64,000 bases of DNA from an uncultured Candidatus Saccharibacteria bacterium (GCA_964462215.1 CAYWVZ010000002.1:2880-66879); one strand, 5' to 3'. Numbered from the stretch's first letter, positions 8,822 to 19,066 are shown. Notes: a model not told the origin generated them from the sequence alone. Translations and numbers: made by a program.

Positions 8822-10162
8822 ATGAAGATCGCTATTTTAGGCTATGGCAGCCAGGGGCAGGCGGCGCTGGAGTATTGGAACACGCCGGATAACCAGCTGA
8901 CGGTTTGCGACCAGAATGCCGAACTGCAGTTGCCGGCCGGTGTAGCCAGCCGGTTGGGAGCAGATTACTTGCGCGAGCTCAATGAGTTTGACCTGCTTGT
9001 GCGCACCCCGATTATCCACCCCCGCCAGATTAGCGAGGCTAACCCGGACGCACCGGACATCTTAGCTAAAGTCACCACCGTAACCAATGAGTTTTTCAAG
9101 GTGTGCCCGACCAAACACATCGTTGGCGTCACCGGTACCAAGGGCAAAGGTACGACGTCTACCCTGATTGCTAAGATTTTGGAAGCTGCCGGACACCGTG
9201 TCCATTTGGGCGGTAATATCGGCATACCGCCGTTGGAGCTGCTGCAGAACGAGATACAAGCTGACGACTGGGTGGTGTTGGAGCTGGCTAACTTCCAGTT
9301 GATCGACCTGGCGTTTTCACCGCCCGTGGCAGTATGTGTGGCGGTTGAACCGGAGCACCTGGACTGGCACGCCGACCTTAACGAATACCTGACAGCCAAG
9401 CAGCAGATGTTTATGCACCAGGCAGCGGGCGATTTGGCCGTGTATAATCGGCTCAGCCGGTATTCTGAGCAGGTTGCCGCTGTTTCAAAAGGCACGAAAG
9501 TATCGTACGAAGTGCCGGCAGTCGGCACCGAACCGCACGAAACCACCGGTGCTTACGTTCGCGGTGACACAATCTACATGAATGATGAAGCAGTTTGCCG
9601 AATAGCCGACGTAGCCTTGCCCGGACGGCATAACGTGCAAAATGTTTGTGCTGCCGTGGCTGCAGTATGGGAGACAATCGGCGGTAAGACCGATGTGATC
9701 ACCGAAGTGGTGCGAACCATGAAGAGCCTGCCCCACCGTTTGGAACCAGTGCGCACACTGGACGACGTTACTTATTATGACGATTCGTTGGGCACTACTC
9801 CGGAAACGGCTATTGCCGCCATTGAGGCTTTTGACGAACCCAAAGTACTGCTCTTAGGCGGATCAGATAAAGGAACAAGTTTTGATACGTTAGCTCAAGT
9901 AGTAGCCAAAAATAACATACGGTCTGTAGTTATGATTGAAGGAGACACTGCTCCTAAAATCGTCTCTTCTTTACAAGCGGCAGGTTATGACCGAATCGTA
10001 TCCGGCGGCACGACTATGCGGGCGGTCGTCGAAGCGGCACAAGCCCAGGCTCAAAAGGGTGATGTGGTGCTGCTCTCTCCAGCCTGCGCCAGCTTTGGCC
10101 TATTTAAAGACTATAAAGACCGGGGTGAGCAATTTAAGGCCGCTGTTCAAGCACTCGTTTAA
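8822..10162 (+). CDS. murD: UDP-N-acetylmuramoylalanine--D-glutamate ligase MurD.
   Basis: MKIAILGYGSQG..., GVTGTKGKGTTSTL P-loop, Mur ligase middle/C domains. Confidence 0.9.
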   Translation: MKIAILGYGSQGQAALEYWNTPDNQLTVCDQNAELQLPAGVASRLGADYLRELNEFDLLVRTPIIHPRQISEANPDAPDILAKVTTVTNEFFKVCPTKHIVGVTGTKGKGTTSTLIAKILEAAGHRVHLGGNIGIPPLELLQNEIQADDWVVLELANFQLIDLAFSPPVAVCVAVEPEHLDWHADLNEYLTAKQQMFMHQAAGDLAVYNRLSRYSEQVAAVSKGTKVSYEVPAVGTEPHETTGAYVRGDTIYMNDEAVCRIADVALPGRHNVQNVCAAVAAVWETIGGKTDVITEVVRTMKSLPHRLEPVRTLDDVTYYDDSLGTTPETAIAAIEAFDEPKVLLLGGSDKGTSFDTLAQVVAKNNIRSVVMIEGDTAPKIVSSLQAAGYDRIVSGGTTMRAVVEAAQAQAQKGDVVLLSPACASFGLFKDYKDRGEQFKAAVQALV

Positions 10163-10781
10163 GCTGCGTAATCACCGGTTGTTCGGGCTGTAATACTGTG
10201 GCCCGCCCGGCTGCTACCTGACGAATAATATCTTCAATCCAATGATAGTGGGTACACCCCAATACGATAACGTCGGCACCTGCCTCACAGACCGCATCAA
10301 CACGTTGCCGGATCTGTTCGCGATCAACAGTATTGGTTTCGATCATATATGACCAATCGCTGCAATCCGGTTCAAGCACCTGTATGCCCTTGGCGTAGGT
10401 GTCTTTGAGCCAGGCGTAGCGTTTACTGGCCAGGGTAGTGGGCGTGGCACAAACAGCGATAATGCCTGTTTTAGTTGCCTCGGCGGCCGGCTTAACCATT
10501 GGCTCCATGGCAATAAGCGGTACTGGTACTTTTGCGCGCAATTGGTCAATGAGGGTGGTGCTAACGGTATTACAGGCAATCACGATAACATCACACTTTT
10601 CACTTAACGTGTTAAGTATTGGCAGAACTAATGTATAGAGCTCCTCTGGTGATTTAGTGCCATACGGTACGTGTTTGGTATCGTTGACGAACAATACTTT
10701 TGCGTCAGGCATGGCTTTCTCGATGGCGTTAGCCACCGATTTCCCCCCGATACCAGAGTCAAATACTCCAATAGTGGTCAT
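10134..10781 (-). CDS. murI: Glutamate racemase MurI.
   Basis: IGVFDSGIGG, ACNTVST, LGCTHYH motifs. Start at 10781 with GGAGG RBS. Convergent 29-bp overlap with murD. Confidence 0.9.
   Translation of the reverse strand: MTTIGVFDSGIGGKSVANAIEKAMPDAKVLFVNDTKHVPYGTKSPEELYTLVLPILNTLSEKCDVIVIACNTVSTTLIDQLRAKVPVPLIAMEPMVKPAAEATKTGIIAVCATPTTLASKRYAWLKDTYAKGIQVLEPDCSDWSYMIETNTVDREQIRQRVDAVCEAGADVIVLGCTHYHWIEDIIRQVAAGRATVLQPEQPVITQLKRVLEQRP
10602..10617. repeat. 16-bp palindrome ACTTAACGTGTTAAGT (copy A, inside murI).
   Basis: Read directly from the sequence. The flank ...TATTG is shared with copy D. Confidence 0.9.
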
Positions 10782-11605
10782 AGTTCCTCCTTTTGCCGGG
10801 CGCGGGCTGCCCGGATAACGTTGTCGAACAGGGCGCACACGGTTAGCGGCCCTACACCGCCTTTCTCGGGCGTGATAGTAATGCCGGGCAGCCCGCGCAC
10901 CTCCGGTGCGACGTCGCCAATCAGGCCGTTACTGTCGGTTGCTACCCCAGCGTCAACAATCACAGCCTCAGGTTTGACCATTTGAGCAGTAATCAGGCCA
11001 GGTACACCGGTGGCGCAGACCAGCACGTCGGCCTGACGGGTCAGCGAACTTAAGTTATCAGTATTTTTATCAGCCACCGTCACCTGCAAGCCGGACTTTT
11101 CCCATATATGCGCTAGCGGCCGACCCACTAAACGGCCGTGTCCTACGATAACCAGCTTTTTGCCTCGCAGCTCAATGTTATAGCCGGCCAGCAGCCAGTT
11201 GATAGCCATAGGTGTCGGCGCGTCAAACCGGCTGCCCTTGGCTAAGCCGTCAACGTCTTTGCCGGCCGCTACGGCATTCAGCACCTCTGTAGTTTGCGAC
11301 GGGTCGGGCAGCGGTATTTGCACGATAATTCCGTGTACCGCCGGATTATCGTTCAATTCGGCCAAGGTGGCCAAAACGGCTGTCTGTTTAATCGTGTGGA
11401 CATCCACTTCAATCAAGATGTCTTCGCCGTACTTTTGCTTAAGGCGCATGTAGCTGTCGACCACCGGATCAGGGTTGGTGCGGATGATCGCCAGCCGCGG
11501 TACCACACCGCCAGCCTGACGCAAAGCCCGCACATCGCGGGCCTGCCGTTCTTTGACAAATTCGGCTAGCTCTTTACCGTTTAACAGTTTATGCATCGGG
11601 GTCAT
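10778..11605 (-). CDS. folD: Bifunctional methylenetetrahydrofolate dehydrogenase/cyclohydrolase FolD.
   Basis: Full-length FolD-like sequence (VGxGxxVGxPLA, GGVGPLT). Stop overlaps the murI start (ATGA). Confidence 0.9.
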   Translation of the reverse strand: MTPMHKLLNGKELAEFVKERQARDVRALRQAGGVVPRLAIIRTNPDPVVDSYMRLKQKYGEDILIEVDVHTIKQTAVLATLAELNDNPAVHGIIVQIPLPDPSQTTEVLNAVAAGKDVDGLAKGSRFDAPTPMAINWLLAGYNIELRGKKLVIVGHGRLVGRPLAHIWEKSGLQVTVADKNTDNLSSLTRQADVLVCATGVPGLITAQMVKPEAVIVDAGVATDSNGLIGDVAPEVRGLPGITITPEKGGVGPLTVCALFDNVIRAARARQKEEL

Positions 11606-11672
11606 TGTAGCATGAAAACACCCCGTCTCTATTGAGGTACGGGGTGCTCAAGGTGGCTATGGGCCAGGGTAT

Positions 11673-12176
11673 TTAGGCGGCCGGTGCTACGCTGCCCAGG
11701 TCGGTCTTTTTCTTGGTACCGCTGTACTTAGCGTCACCAAAGCCGAGGATCAAGAGGCCGATAATCGAAAATATGATCAGGCCAAAGATCGCAAACACCG
11801 GACTTTTACCGAAGCGCCTCGCCAGTTCCAGCATAGCTATAATGAACAGGACGAAGTACAGTGCCGAGGCAATCAAGCCCACAATCGGGATCCAGGTTAT
11901 CAAGATCAGCAAAGCCCACCAACCGGGTTTGCCAGAGATTTCAAACAAAGTCCACATGTTGTAAACAGGAATAATCGCCTTCCAGCCTTTTTCGCCGGCT
12001 TTGTCGAAGATTTTCCATGTTGCTACAATGCCAAGAATACCGAAGATAACACCGATGATGACAGCGATAATGACTCCGGCCGCGATACCGCCATTGACAT
12101 CGCCGTTAGTTGTTATGTTGCTACTAGTAAGCGTAGTTGTTGTCTGCGCTATAAGATCGAGCATACTGCCCTCCAT
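11673..12176 (-). CDS. Small multi-pass membrane protein, DUF5684-like.
   Basis: WKIFDKAGEKGWKAIIPVYNMWTLFEISGKPGWWALL signature. Four hydrophobic helices. Confidence 0.55.
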   Translation of the reverse strand: MEGSMLDLIAQTTTTLTSSNITTNGDVNGGIAAGVIIAVIIGVIFGILGIVATWKIFDKAGEKGWKAIIPVYNMWTLFEISGKPGWWALLILITWIPIVGLIASALYFVLFIIAMLELARRFGKSPVFAIFGLIIFSIIGLLILGFGDAKYSGTKKKTDLGSVAPAA

Positions 12177-12317
12177 TTGTTAATGTTAGTTGGAGTATAC
12201 CATAACCAAAATAAAAAATCACAAGCGGTACGAGTAATATTTACACCGACCTCTGTATCTGTTATAATTTGCACGCTTCCCGCGTTAAAGGTCGTATTGT
12301 CAAAAACACGCCGCGAC

Positions 12318-12394
12318 GGGCCATTAGCTCAGCTGGTTAGAGCACCTGCCTCTTAAGCAGGGTGTCCAGGGTTCGAGTCCCTGATGGCCCTCCA
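12318..12394 (+). tRNA. tRNA-Lys (anticodon CTT), 3' CCA encoded.
   Basis: GGGCCATTAGCTCAGCTGGTTAGAGCACCTGCCTCTTAAGCAGGGTGTCCAGGGTTCGAGTCCCTGATGGCCCTCCA. Cloverleaf folds by eye. Anticodon loop CTCTTAA. Confidence 0.85.
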
Positions 12395-12451
12395 ATAAAG
12401 TTCATACTTTAACAGAGACAATTCGTCTCTGTTTTTTGTTATAGTTAGTCT

Positions 12452-13042
12452 ATGAAAAGAATATTATTATTCTCAGTACTCACCGAAAGTAACCGTAGAT
12501 CCGTTTTAGGCCAACTATTCCCCTCAGCCATACAAAATAAAGTATTCTCCTACATGCCAAGTAATGGTGTTAAAGACTCCGGGCCCTATATCGAGCAATG
12601 GCGCGCAATCGCTCAAGAATATGGCGCGGGATTCAATGTAATCGATAACTCTGTATGCGATACCGAGGAACAAAGAAAACTACTATCTTCAAACATTATC
12701 CTCATAAGTGGCGGAAATACTTTTAGCCTTTTGCAAAACTTACGAGAATCTGGCTTAGACAAATCAATTGGAGAGTTTATAGAAAAGACGGACTTTGTAC
12801 TTGCGGGTTTTAGCGCTGGAGCACTTGTATTGACGCCAACTATCAAAATATGTAATCTGCCTAACTTCGATGAAAACCTGGTCAAACTTGAGGACTTTAG
12901 TGGGTTAGATATCGTTGACTTTGAAGTATTCCCGCACTATGACAAGCGTCTACAAAAGGCCACATTAGAGAATTACAGAAAAACTACTGCTAATAGAGTG
13001 AACGAAATTACGGATGAGGATTATATAAGTATAGATCGCTAG
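12452..13042 (+). CDS. Peptidase S51 family (dipeptidase E / cyanophycinase-like).
   Basis: ILISGGNTFSLL and GFSAGALV motifs. Confidence 0.75.
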   Translation: MKRILLFSVLTESNRRSVLGQLFPSAIQNKVFSYMPSNGVKDSGPYIEQWRAIAQEYGAGFNVIDNSVCDTEEQRKLLSSNIILISGGNTFSLLQNLRESGLDKSIGEFIEKTDFVLAGFSAGALVLTPTIKICNLPNFDENLVKLEDFSGLDIVDFEVFPHYDKRLQKATLENYRKTTANRVNEITDEDYISIDR

Positions 13043-13134
13043 ACACTTTTATTTCGGTTGCGATAGCGTGTACTATGGCCCTCCAAATGTAAGCGCTTTA
13101 TTTACCTATCCTTTCCCGTTATAATAGGGTTGTT

Positions 13135-13356
13135 ATGAAGCAGTCAACCTACCAATCAGTCGTGTATCAAGAGGGCGAATACTACGTTGCCCAGTGTCTT
13201 AATGTTGATATTTCGAGCTTTGGCGATAACGAACAAGAAGCGCTCGCCAACCTGCAAGAGGCGCTCGCGTTATACTTGGAAGACGCCCCTAAAACTACTA
13301 AGGCTATTATCGTAGAGCATCCGACCGTTCATACGTTCCGTTTGCAGCATGCCTAA
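13135..13356 (+). CDS. hicB: HicB-like antitoxin (UPF0150 type).
   Basis: Small acidic protein immediately upstream of, and overlapping, the HicA toxin gene. EGEYYVAQCLNVDISSFGDNEQEALANLQEAL. Confidence 0.6.
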   Translation: MKQSTYQSVVYQEGEYYVAQCLNVDISSFGDNEQEALANLQEALALYLEDAPKTTKAIIVEHPTVHTFRLQHA

Positions 13357-13555
13357 ACTGCTCTCCTCAAAACAGGTTATTAGAGTTCTAGAAAAGCATG
13401 GATTCATGTTTGTTTCTCAGCGCGGTAGCCACGCCAAGTATCGCAAGGGCTCAGCAACTGTTATCGTGCCTACACCAAAGAAAGAAATACCACTCGGCAC
13501 GCTGCGCTCTATCATCCGGCAGTCTGGCTTGGACAGTAAAGCTTTCATAAACTAG
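13349..13555 (+). CDS. hicA: HicA mRNA interferase toxin.
   Basis: KQVIRVLEKHGFMFVSQRGSHAKYRK is the YcfA/HicA signature. Confidence 0.8.
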   Translation: MPKLLSSKQVIRVLEKHGFMFVSQRGSHAKYRKGSATVIVPTPKKEIPLGTLRSIIRQSGLDSKAFIN

Positions 13556-13640
13556 TTCCAATAGCTTCCACGATGGCCCTTCAGGCCTAGGCACTTCCGG
13601 GCGCCTTTTTATTATGCTTGTGGTTGCAACTCATTGACGG

Positions 13641-13901
13641 ATGATAGAAAATAGTATGGTGCCTGAACAACCCGTGGCCTTACAGCTCGAATCGTCTATA
13701 CCGCCCGCCTGTTCAGGATGCGAAACGGCAGAGAGAGTCTGCGCCACCATAGCTAAAGAGGTGCTATCCGGTAAAACTGAGTTGGCTCAAGCAAAAACAA
13801 AACTGGAACAAGACTTGCTAAAAAATTGCCCTGGAAAGATTATGCGGCCGGCGGGTTGGGGCCAGGTGGTAATTTCATGCCGTTACGAAGCTGGAACCTA
13901 G
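13641..13901 (+). CDS. Hypothetical 86-aa protein.
   Basis: ORF only. Confidence 0.3.
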   Translation: MIENSMVPEQPVALQLESSIPPACSGCETAERVCATIAKEVLSGKTELAQAKTKLEQDLLKNCPGKIMRPAGWGQVVISCRYEAGT

Positions 13902-13990
13902 CCGCGACCACGCCTACTACAATCCTCTGGGTACCAGCGTCGTAGAAGACTCTCCTGGGAGTCTTTTTTGTTTGGTATAATAATGAGCCC

Positions 13991-14401
13991 ATGCCAGAGA
14001 TAAAAATTGTAGCCAAAGTATTTGTCATCAACCCAAAAGGCCTGATCCTCACTCTTCAGCGCAGTAAAACCGATCACATCAGACCCTTGGAATGGGATCT
14101 GCCGGGCGGCAGCGTAGACTACGGCGAAGACCCCACAGACGCAGTAGTAAGAGAAGCAAAAGAAGAAGCCGATTTGAGCTTAAAGGATGTCCAGATATTC
14201 GCTACCAAAACTACGAATAATGGCAACTACGTTGTCAGGCTGCTCTATTGTGCACACACAAACACCGACTCAGTGACATTGAGCCCTGAGCACGGCGATT
14301 ACAAATGGGTAACGAGACCTGAATTTAACGAGCTGGACATCCCCGACTACTACAAGAACTGTTTGCAGCACTTGCCCGAGCAGCCGCGACAACTCCCATA
14401 G
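13991..14401 (+). CDS. NUDIX hydrolase.
   Basis: Nudix box GGSVDYGEDPTDAVVREAKEEADL. Confidence 0.8.
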   Translation: MPEIKIVAKVFVINPKGLILTLQRSKTDHIRPLEWDLPGGSVDYGEDPTDAVVREAKEEADLSLKDVQIFATKTTNNGNYVVRLLYCAHTNTDSVTLSPEHGDYKWVTRPEFNELDIPDYYKNCLQHLPEQPRQLP

Positions 14402-14482
14402 CAGCCCTGGGGTTCATCAAAGTATTGCCTTTTTGAGATGTGGTATAGTAGAACCATAAGCGTAAATCGTAAAGGAAAGTAT

Positions 14483-15106
14483 ATGAAATTATCACATGAT
14501 CAACGGGGTGGCCTGCCGCCGCTACTCATCATCTTATTAGTATTGTTAATCGCCTTGCTGGGCTTTGCCGGCTGGAAGGTGTGGGACAACAACCGCAACA
14601 ACCAAAAGGTTGCCGAATCGAGCGAAACCGCCGTGGTAGAAGAAGACGTTGCTATCATCCAGCCAGCCAGCGGGCTATATGGCGTAGCCTTACCGGCCGG
14701 GTGGGTCACTAACACCTGTAGCGACGGTGTTGACATCCTCATGCTGGCACCAAATGAAGAATTGTTGGGTGCTTGCAACACCGAATCGTTCGGCACGGTG
14801 TCTATTACCGCTAACGAGGGTGACGGCCGAGAGAGCGAAAGTGTTTTCGTTGACGACCCGATGTTTAGCGACGTTACCTACAACAGCGACATTAACGTTA
14901 ACGGATTGCCGGGCGTAAAAGTTAGCTACACCGTAGCCGAAGAGTCGCTACTGGGCTACCCGCCGGTAGGTACCCACATCATTATGTACCAGCTGTACGA
15001 CAGCACGAACGGACAAACCTACATCGTTGCCTATCGCCAGCTGCCTGACCAGCCGGATAACACCGCTATCTTTACAGAGATTGTTGAATCGTTCGAACTA
15101 GTGTAG
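14483..15106 (+). CDS. Membrane-anchored/secreted hypothetical protein.
   Basis: N-terminal TM LPPLLIILLVLLIALLGFAGW. Start at 14483 with AAAGGAAAG RBS. Confidence 0.45.
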   Translation: MKLSHDQRGGLPPLLIILLVLLIALLGFAGWKVWDNNRNNQKVAESSETAVVEEDVAIIQPASGLYGVALPAGWVTNTCSDGVDILMLAPNEELLGACNTESFGTVSITANEGDGRESESVFVDDPMFSDVTYNSDINVNGLPGVKVSYTVAEESLLGYPPVGTHIIMYQLYDSTNGQTYIVAYRQLPDQPDNTAIFTEIVESFELV

Positions 15107-15110
15107 ACCC

Positions 15111-16478
15111 TTAGGGTCGAGACGACTGGGACTCTTGGCCGGTAGCAGTACCGGCCATTAGTTTTTGGACATAGGCCCGGATGTCGGTGTAATCATCGAT
15201 GCCAGCTGCCGGAACAAGTGCCGATTGGCCGTCACGGGTTCGGTAGCTTTGCAGTAAGTTGACGCCATCGGCATCATTCAAGCTGGCCGATTGGATGTTC
15301 TGCGGACCAATGTCACGGGTAATCGTGGCCAGGCGGCGCATGTTGCCCAGGCTGAGGTCGGTTTGGATGTTGTTGCCCGCCGAATCAAACAAGTTACCCA
15401 CCTTGACAGGGTTAGCGAGCACACCGGCGCTCATGGCCTTTTCGCGCAGGGCCAGCAGCATCATGCGCTGGTTTTGGGTACGGTCAAAATCCGACTGCGG
15501 AAAGCCGAATGAGCCGGGGCCGTCACCGCGGGCCCGCGCCAGATTAAGTGCCGTTTGGCCGTCCAGCTCCTGCGTACCATTGCCGAGACGCAGGCTGGCA
15601 TACGGATCATACAAACCGTAAGGGCTGTCGCTGTCGATAGTCACAGTGATGCCGCCGACGGCATTGACCCCGTCGCGGAACGCCCCGTAATTAACCAAAG
15701 CGTAATAGTCGATTGGTATATCGAGTGTTTCGGAAAGGGTTTTTTGCAACAACCCCATGCCCCCCTCCGGATAGCCCGGTTCGCTAAACCCCTCCTGCTC
15801 ACCGTACGTATAAGCGGCGTTTATTTTAGCGTAGCCGTTTCCGGGGATATCCACATACAGGTCGCGCGGGATACTCAGTATGAATGCCGTATTGTTAGTG
15901 GTGTTAATACTAAGCAGCATAATAGAATCGGTCAGGTCGGCGCCGCCGTGGCCCGGGTCATCGGCCGAATTACCGGCCAACAAGATGTTAACATGGCCGC
16001 GGTCCTCACCCTTAAGCCGGGAGTTGTCGAACAAGCTCCAGAGGTCGGTGCCCAGCCGGTTACTGTTTTGATAGGCTTTCCAGCCCAGCCAGCCGCCAAC
16101 CAGTAACAACAAAATGAGCAGCATAATAGCCGCTTTGCGTAACCAGCGCTTCCAGCGCGGCCAGCTTTTGCGGCGCTCTTTGCGGGCGGCTCGCCGTTCT
16201 TTGCGGGTCATTTTGCTGCCGTCGGGACGGTATTTCTTGCTGTTCAATGGTTTTTCCTTGGTTACGGTCGTTTCGGCTTCGGGGTCAGCCTCAGATTCAG
16301 CCGCCGGCTCAGCGGCCGGTTTGCCGCCAGTTTTGGCCACTGCTGTAGCCGGCGGCTTTCGCCCTTTGCCGGTTCGCAGGTCGGGCAGGCTGCGGCTAAC
16401 TTGGTAGTTGTCCGCCCGTTTATTGGCGTCATCAAGGACCAGATCAACCTTTTTAGGCTTAGGTGGTTTTGGTTGCAT
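15111..16478 (-). CDS. LytR-CpsA-Psr (LCP) family cell-envelope phosphotransferase. The cytoplasmic N-terminus is long, basic and disordered. An alternative start lies at 16568.
   Basis: ILLAGNSADD...DSIMLLSI...SIPRDLYVDIPG core. RKERRAARKERRK followed by a TM segment. Confidence 0.8.
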   Translation of the reverse strand: MQPKPPKPKKVDLVLDDANKRADNYQVSRSLPDLRTGKGRKPPATAVAKTGGKPAAEPAAESEADPEAETTVTKEKPLNSKKYRPDGSKMTRKERRAARKERRKSWPRWKRWLRKAAIMLLILLLLVGGWLGWKAYQNSNRLGTDLWSLFDNSRLKGEDRGHVNILLAGNSADDPGHGGADLTDSIMLLSINTTNNTAFILSIPRDLYVDIPGNGYAKINAAYTYGEQEGFSEPGYPEGGMGLLQKTLSETLDIPIDYYALVNYGAFRDGVNAVGGITVTIDSDSPYGLYDPYASLRLGNGTQELDGQTALNLARARGDGPGSFGFPQSDFDRTQNQRMMLLALREKAMSAGVLANPVKVGNLFDSAGNNIQTDLSLGNMRRLATITRDIGPQNIQSASLNDADGVNLLQSYRTRDGQSALVPAAGIDDYTDIRAYVQKLMAGTATGQESQSSRP

Positions 16479-16995
16479 GTTCCCCACTATTATACCCGCC
16501 TGCGGCCGATTTTCGTTCCCAGATTTCAAAACGGAACGGAATGCCGTTTTCCGACTGCTGCGGACCACGTTTTACGCGCTTAAAAACAGTTTCGAATTCA
16601 GGGAAGAATTTAGTGCAGCGAAAGTTGCCGCCGACACGGGTTAGGTCGAGCTGGTCGGCGTACGACAACAGGTCATGAAAGATGCCGGCACCGCCAATGA
16701 CCCAAATGTCCTGGTTATTCCGACTGGCGGCTTGCAGAAAAGCCGGCGCGTCTTCGAGCGGCTCGAAGCCCGGCTGCCACCGTAGTTTGGTGCCCGGGCG
16801 AACAACCACCAGGTTGCGCCGCTCGCTGAGCGGATGGCTGAACTCCTGGTAGGTCCGAAAACCCATCACCACCGTACCGTGCAGGGTTTTGCGGCGAAAA
16901 CGGGCTATATCGGTAGGTAGTTTGCCGGACCACGGGATACCTTTATCGTTGGCTAAACCTCGGTTGTCGTCTATAGCGGCAATAAATCTGATCAT
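16459..16995 (-). CDS. folA: Dihydrofolate reductase.
   Basis: MIRFIAAIDDNRGLANDKGIPW...TVVMGFRTYQ...WVIGGAGIF. Confidence 0.85.
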   Translation of the reverse strand: MIRFIAAIDDNRGLANDKGIPWSGKLPTDIARFRRKTLHGTVVMGFRTYQEFSHPLSERRNLVVVRPGTKLRWQPGFEPLEDAPAFLQAASRNNQDIWVIGGAGIFHDLLSYADQLDLTRVGGNFRCTKFFPEFETVFKRVKRGPQQSENGIPFRFEIWERKSAAGGYNSGEHATKTT

Positions 16996-17094
16996 ATCGA
17001 GCCCTTCATGATACCACCATATTGTACGCGAAAGGTGGCAATCCGCGCCAAACTTGTATACACTTACGGTAAACGCTAGAGGTTTAAAAAAGAC

Positions 17095-18600
17095 ATGGCA
17101 ACCAAGTTGAGCCGGTCTCGCCGGCGGCTCGTGGATACACTTCGCAATCAGCACCAACGCCTATCGGCCATTCGGCCAAAAGGCGCGGCTGCAGACGCCG
17201 GCGCCGCCGCGCCCCGTAAACTCCATCATCACGTCTGGCGCACGTTACGTTGGATTATCTTAGCGGCTGTCTTGGCGGGTATCGGCGTCAGTTTGTTTAT
17301 CGCCCACTACTCGCTGGTGCCGACTTCTCTGGCTGGCATTGTTGTCCATAACAGTACGTCCGAGGTGGAACTACAGCGGGAACTGGCCGGCAAGCTTAAA
17401 GGCTATACCGTAACTATTGAATACCCCGACCAGACCAGCAAAACCTTTAGTCCGGGCGAACTGGGCATTAGCGTTGATGCCGTCCAGTCTGCCAAGAATG
17501 CCATGGCCGTCAAAAATCCTGCTAACCCGCTCAAACGGTTACGCTGGTGGGGCGGGCGCATCGTACCATTGGTGCTAAAAGTTAACGAGCAAACGCTGCA
17601 TGACTTTATCGCCGCTCACGCTACCCAAGTAATTGCGCCCGCCCAAGACGCTAGTATCGCCATTGACGACGGTGTTGTTACTGTTACGCCCGCCGGGGCC
17701 GGCGAGGCCTATACTCTGCCTTCGGCGGCGCAGACCTTGCAGACAGCCGTTGACCATTTGCGCGGCGGCAAGCTGGCTTTGACCAAACAGCCTTTGGAGC
17801 CGGCCATTACCGAAGATGATGTGGCTGTGGTGGCCGAAAATATCCGGCAAATTCTAAGCCAAAAAGCCAGCTTTACCATCCAGGACCAGGAAATTACGGC
17901 CACGCCGGCAGATATTGGCAGTTGGATTGAGCTATCGCCCTCGCCGCCCAACCACACGATTGACTTCACCGTCAACAGCGGCAAGGTTTTATCGTACATG
18001 AACGCTATTGCCCGACCGTACATCCAGCCGCCGGTTAGCCAGATCGTTATGCCGGCACCCGGCGGCGGTACCACCGTGCTAATTCCCGGCCGCAACGGCG
18101 TTGATATTACCAACAAAGAAGCTGTGGCCGCCGACGTCGCCAAGCAGTTGCTCGACAAGCAGCCGGTGGCCGTTACCTTGCCCGTGCAATACGCTACGTT
18201 CAAAACTATCACGGCCGAACCGCATGACAAATGGATCGTCATCGACACTACGACTAAGCGAATGTACGCCTATGAACAATCCAATCTGGTGCGCACTTTC
18301 TTGATTAGCGCCGGAGCGCCGCAGACACCTACCGTTACCGGCGAGTTCAAAATCTACGCTAAATATCCGGTGCAGGATATGCGCGGCGCCAACGCCGACG
18401 GCAGCCGCTACTTCCAACCGGCCGTCAAATGGGTCAACTACTTTTACCGCGACTATGCTATCCACGGCAACTATTGGCGGCCGCTCAGCTACTTTGGCAA
18501 CGTCAACAGTTCGCACGGTTGCGTTGGTATTCTGGATCCGGAAGCCGAATGGCTGTACGCCTGGGCACCTATCGGCACTACTGTTATCGTCCACCGCTAA
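17095..18600 (+). CDS. L,D-transpeptidase family protein (YkuD catalytic domain) with an N-terminal TM and accessory domains.
   Basis: C-terminal HGNYWRPLSYFGNVNSSHGCVGI (His...SHGC catalytic motif). Confidence 0.85.
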   Translation: MATKLSRSRRRLVDTLRNQHQRLSAIRPKGAAADAGAAAPRKLHHHVWRTLRWIILAAVLAGIGVSLFIAHYSLVPTSLAGIVVHNSTSEVELQRELAGKLKGYTVTIEYPDQTSKTFSPGELGISVDAVQSAKNAMAVKNPANPLKRLRWWGGRIVPLVLKVNEQTLHDFIAAHATQVIAPAQDASIAIDDGVVTVTPAGAGEAYTLPSAAQTLQTAVDHLRGGKLALTKQPLEPAITEDDVAVVAENIRQILSQKASFTIQDQEITATPADIGSWIELSPSPPNHTIDFTVNSGKVLSYMNAIARPYIQPPVSQIVMPAPGGGTTVLIPGRNGVDITNKEAVAADVAKQLLDKQPVAVTLPVQYATFKTITAEPHDKWIVIDTTTKRMYAYEQSNLVRTFLISAGAPQTPTVTGEFKIYAKYPVQDMRGANADGSRYFQPAVKWVNYFYRDYAIHGNYWRPLSYFGNVNSSHGCVGILDPEAEWLYAWAPIGTTVIVHR

Positions 18601-18625
18601 CAAGATTCTGCTGTATACTGGGCGC

Positions 18626-19066
18626 ATGGCACAGGCAGCACGAGCGATTATTATCAACGGTGGCAAGATGCTGGTCATGCACCGCAACAAGCATGGCACG
18701 CAGTACTACACACTGGTCGGCGGCCGCGTTAACACCGGCGAAACAGTCGAGCAAGCGTTGGTGCGCGAAATCAAAGAAGAAACCGGCCTGGACATTACCA
18801 AGGCCCGGCTGGTCTTTACCGAAAAACATCCGGCGCCGTACAACGACCAATTCATCTTTTTGTGCGAAGTGGCTTCGCATGAGTCGGCGGCTATCCAGGA
18901 TTCTTCGGAAGAAGCTTTTTTAAATAAAATGGGCGGTAATATTCACCAGCCAGCGTGGGTCGAAACTAAGTCGTTTGCCCGGCTGCCGTTTAGCACCATG
19001 CAACTGCAAAAGGTTATTGTTGACGCTCTTAAAAACGGCTTCCCGGATCAGCCGGTGGCATTATAA
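18626..19066 (+). CDS. NUDIX hydrolase.
   Basis: GGRVNTGETVEQALVREIKEETGL Nudix box. Start at internal Met 18626. Confidence 0.75.
   Translation: MAQAARAIIINGGKMLVMHRNKHGTQYYTLVGGRVNTGETVEQALVREIKEETGLDITKARLVFTEKHPAPYNDQFIFLCEVASHESAAIQDSSEEAFLNKMGGNIHQPAWVETKSFARLPFSTMQLQKVIVDALKNGFPDQPVAL

Noticed and set aside
8965-9756. Several minus-strand ORFs inside murD (193, 83, 74 aa).
   Set aside because: They are antisense to a confidently identified MurD gene and have Cys/Arg/Ser-rich composition typical of spurious GC-rich frames.
13556-13640. Possible intrinsic terminator after hicA (GGCC-cttca-GGCC ... GGGCGCC TTTTT).
   Set aside because: The stem is only 4 bp and the downstream GC-rich segment does not form a clean hairpin, so this is not a convincing call.
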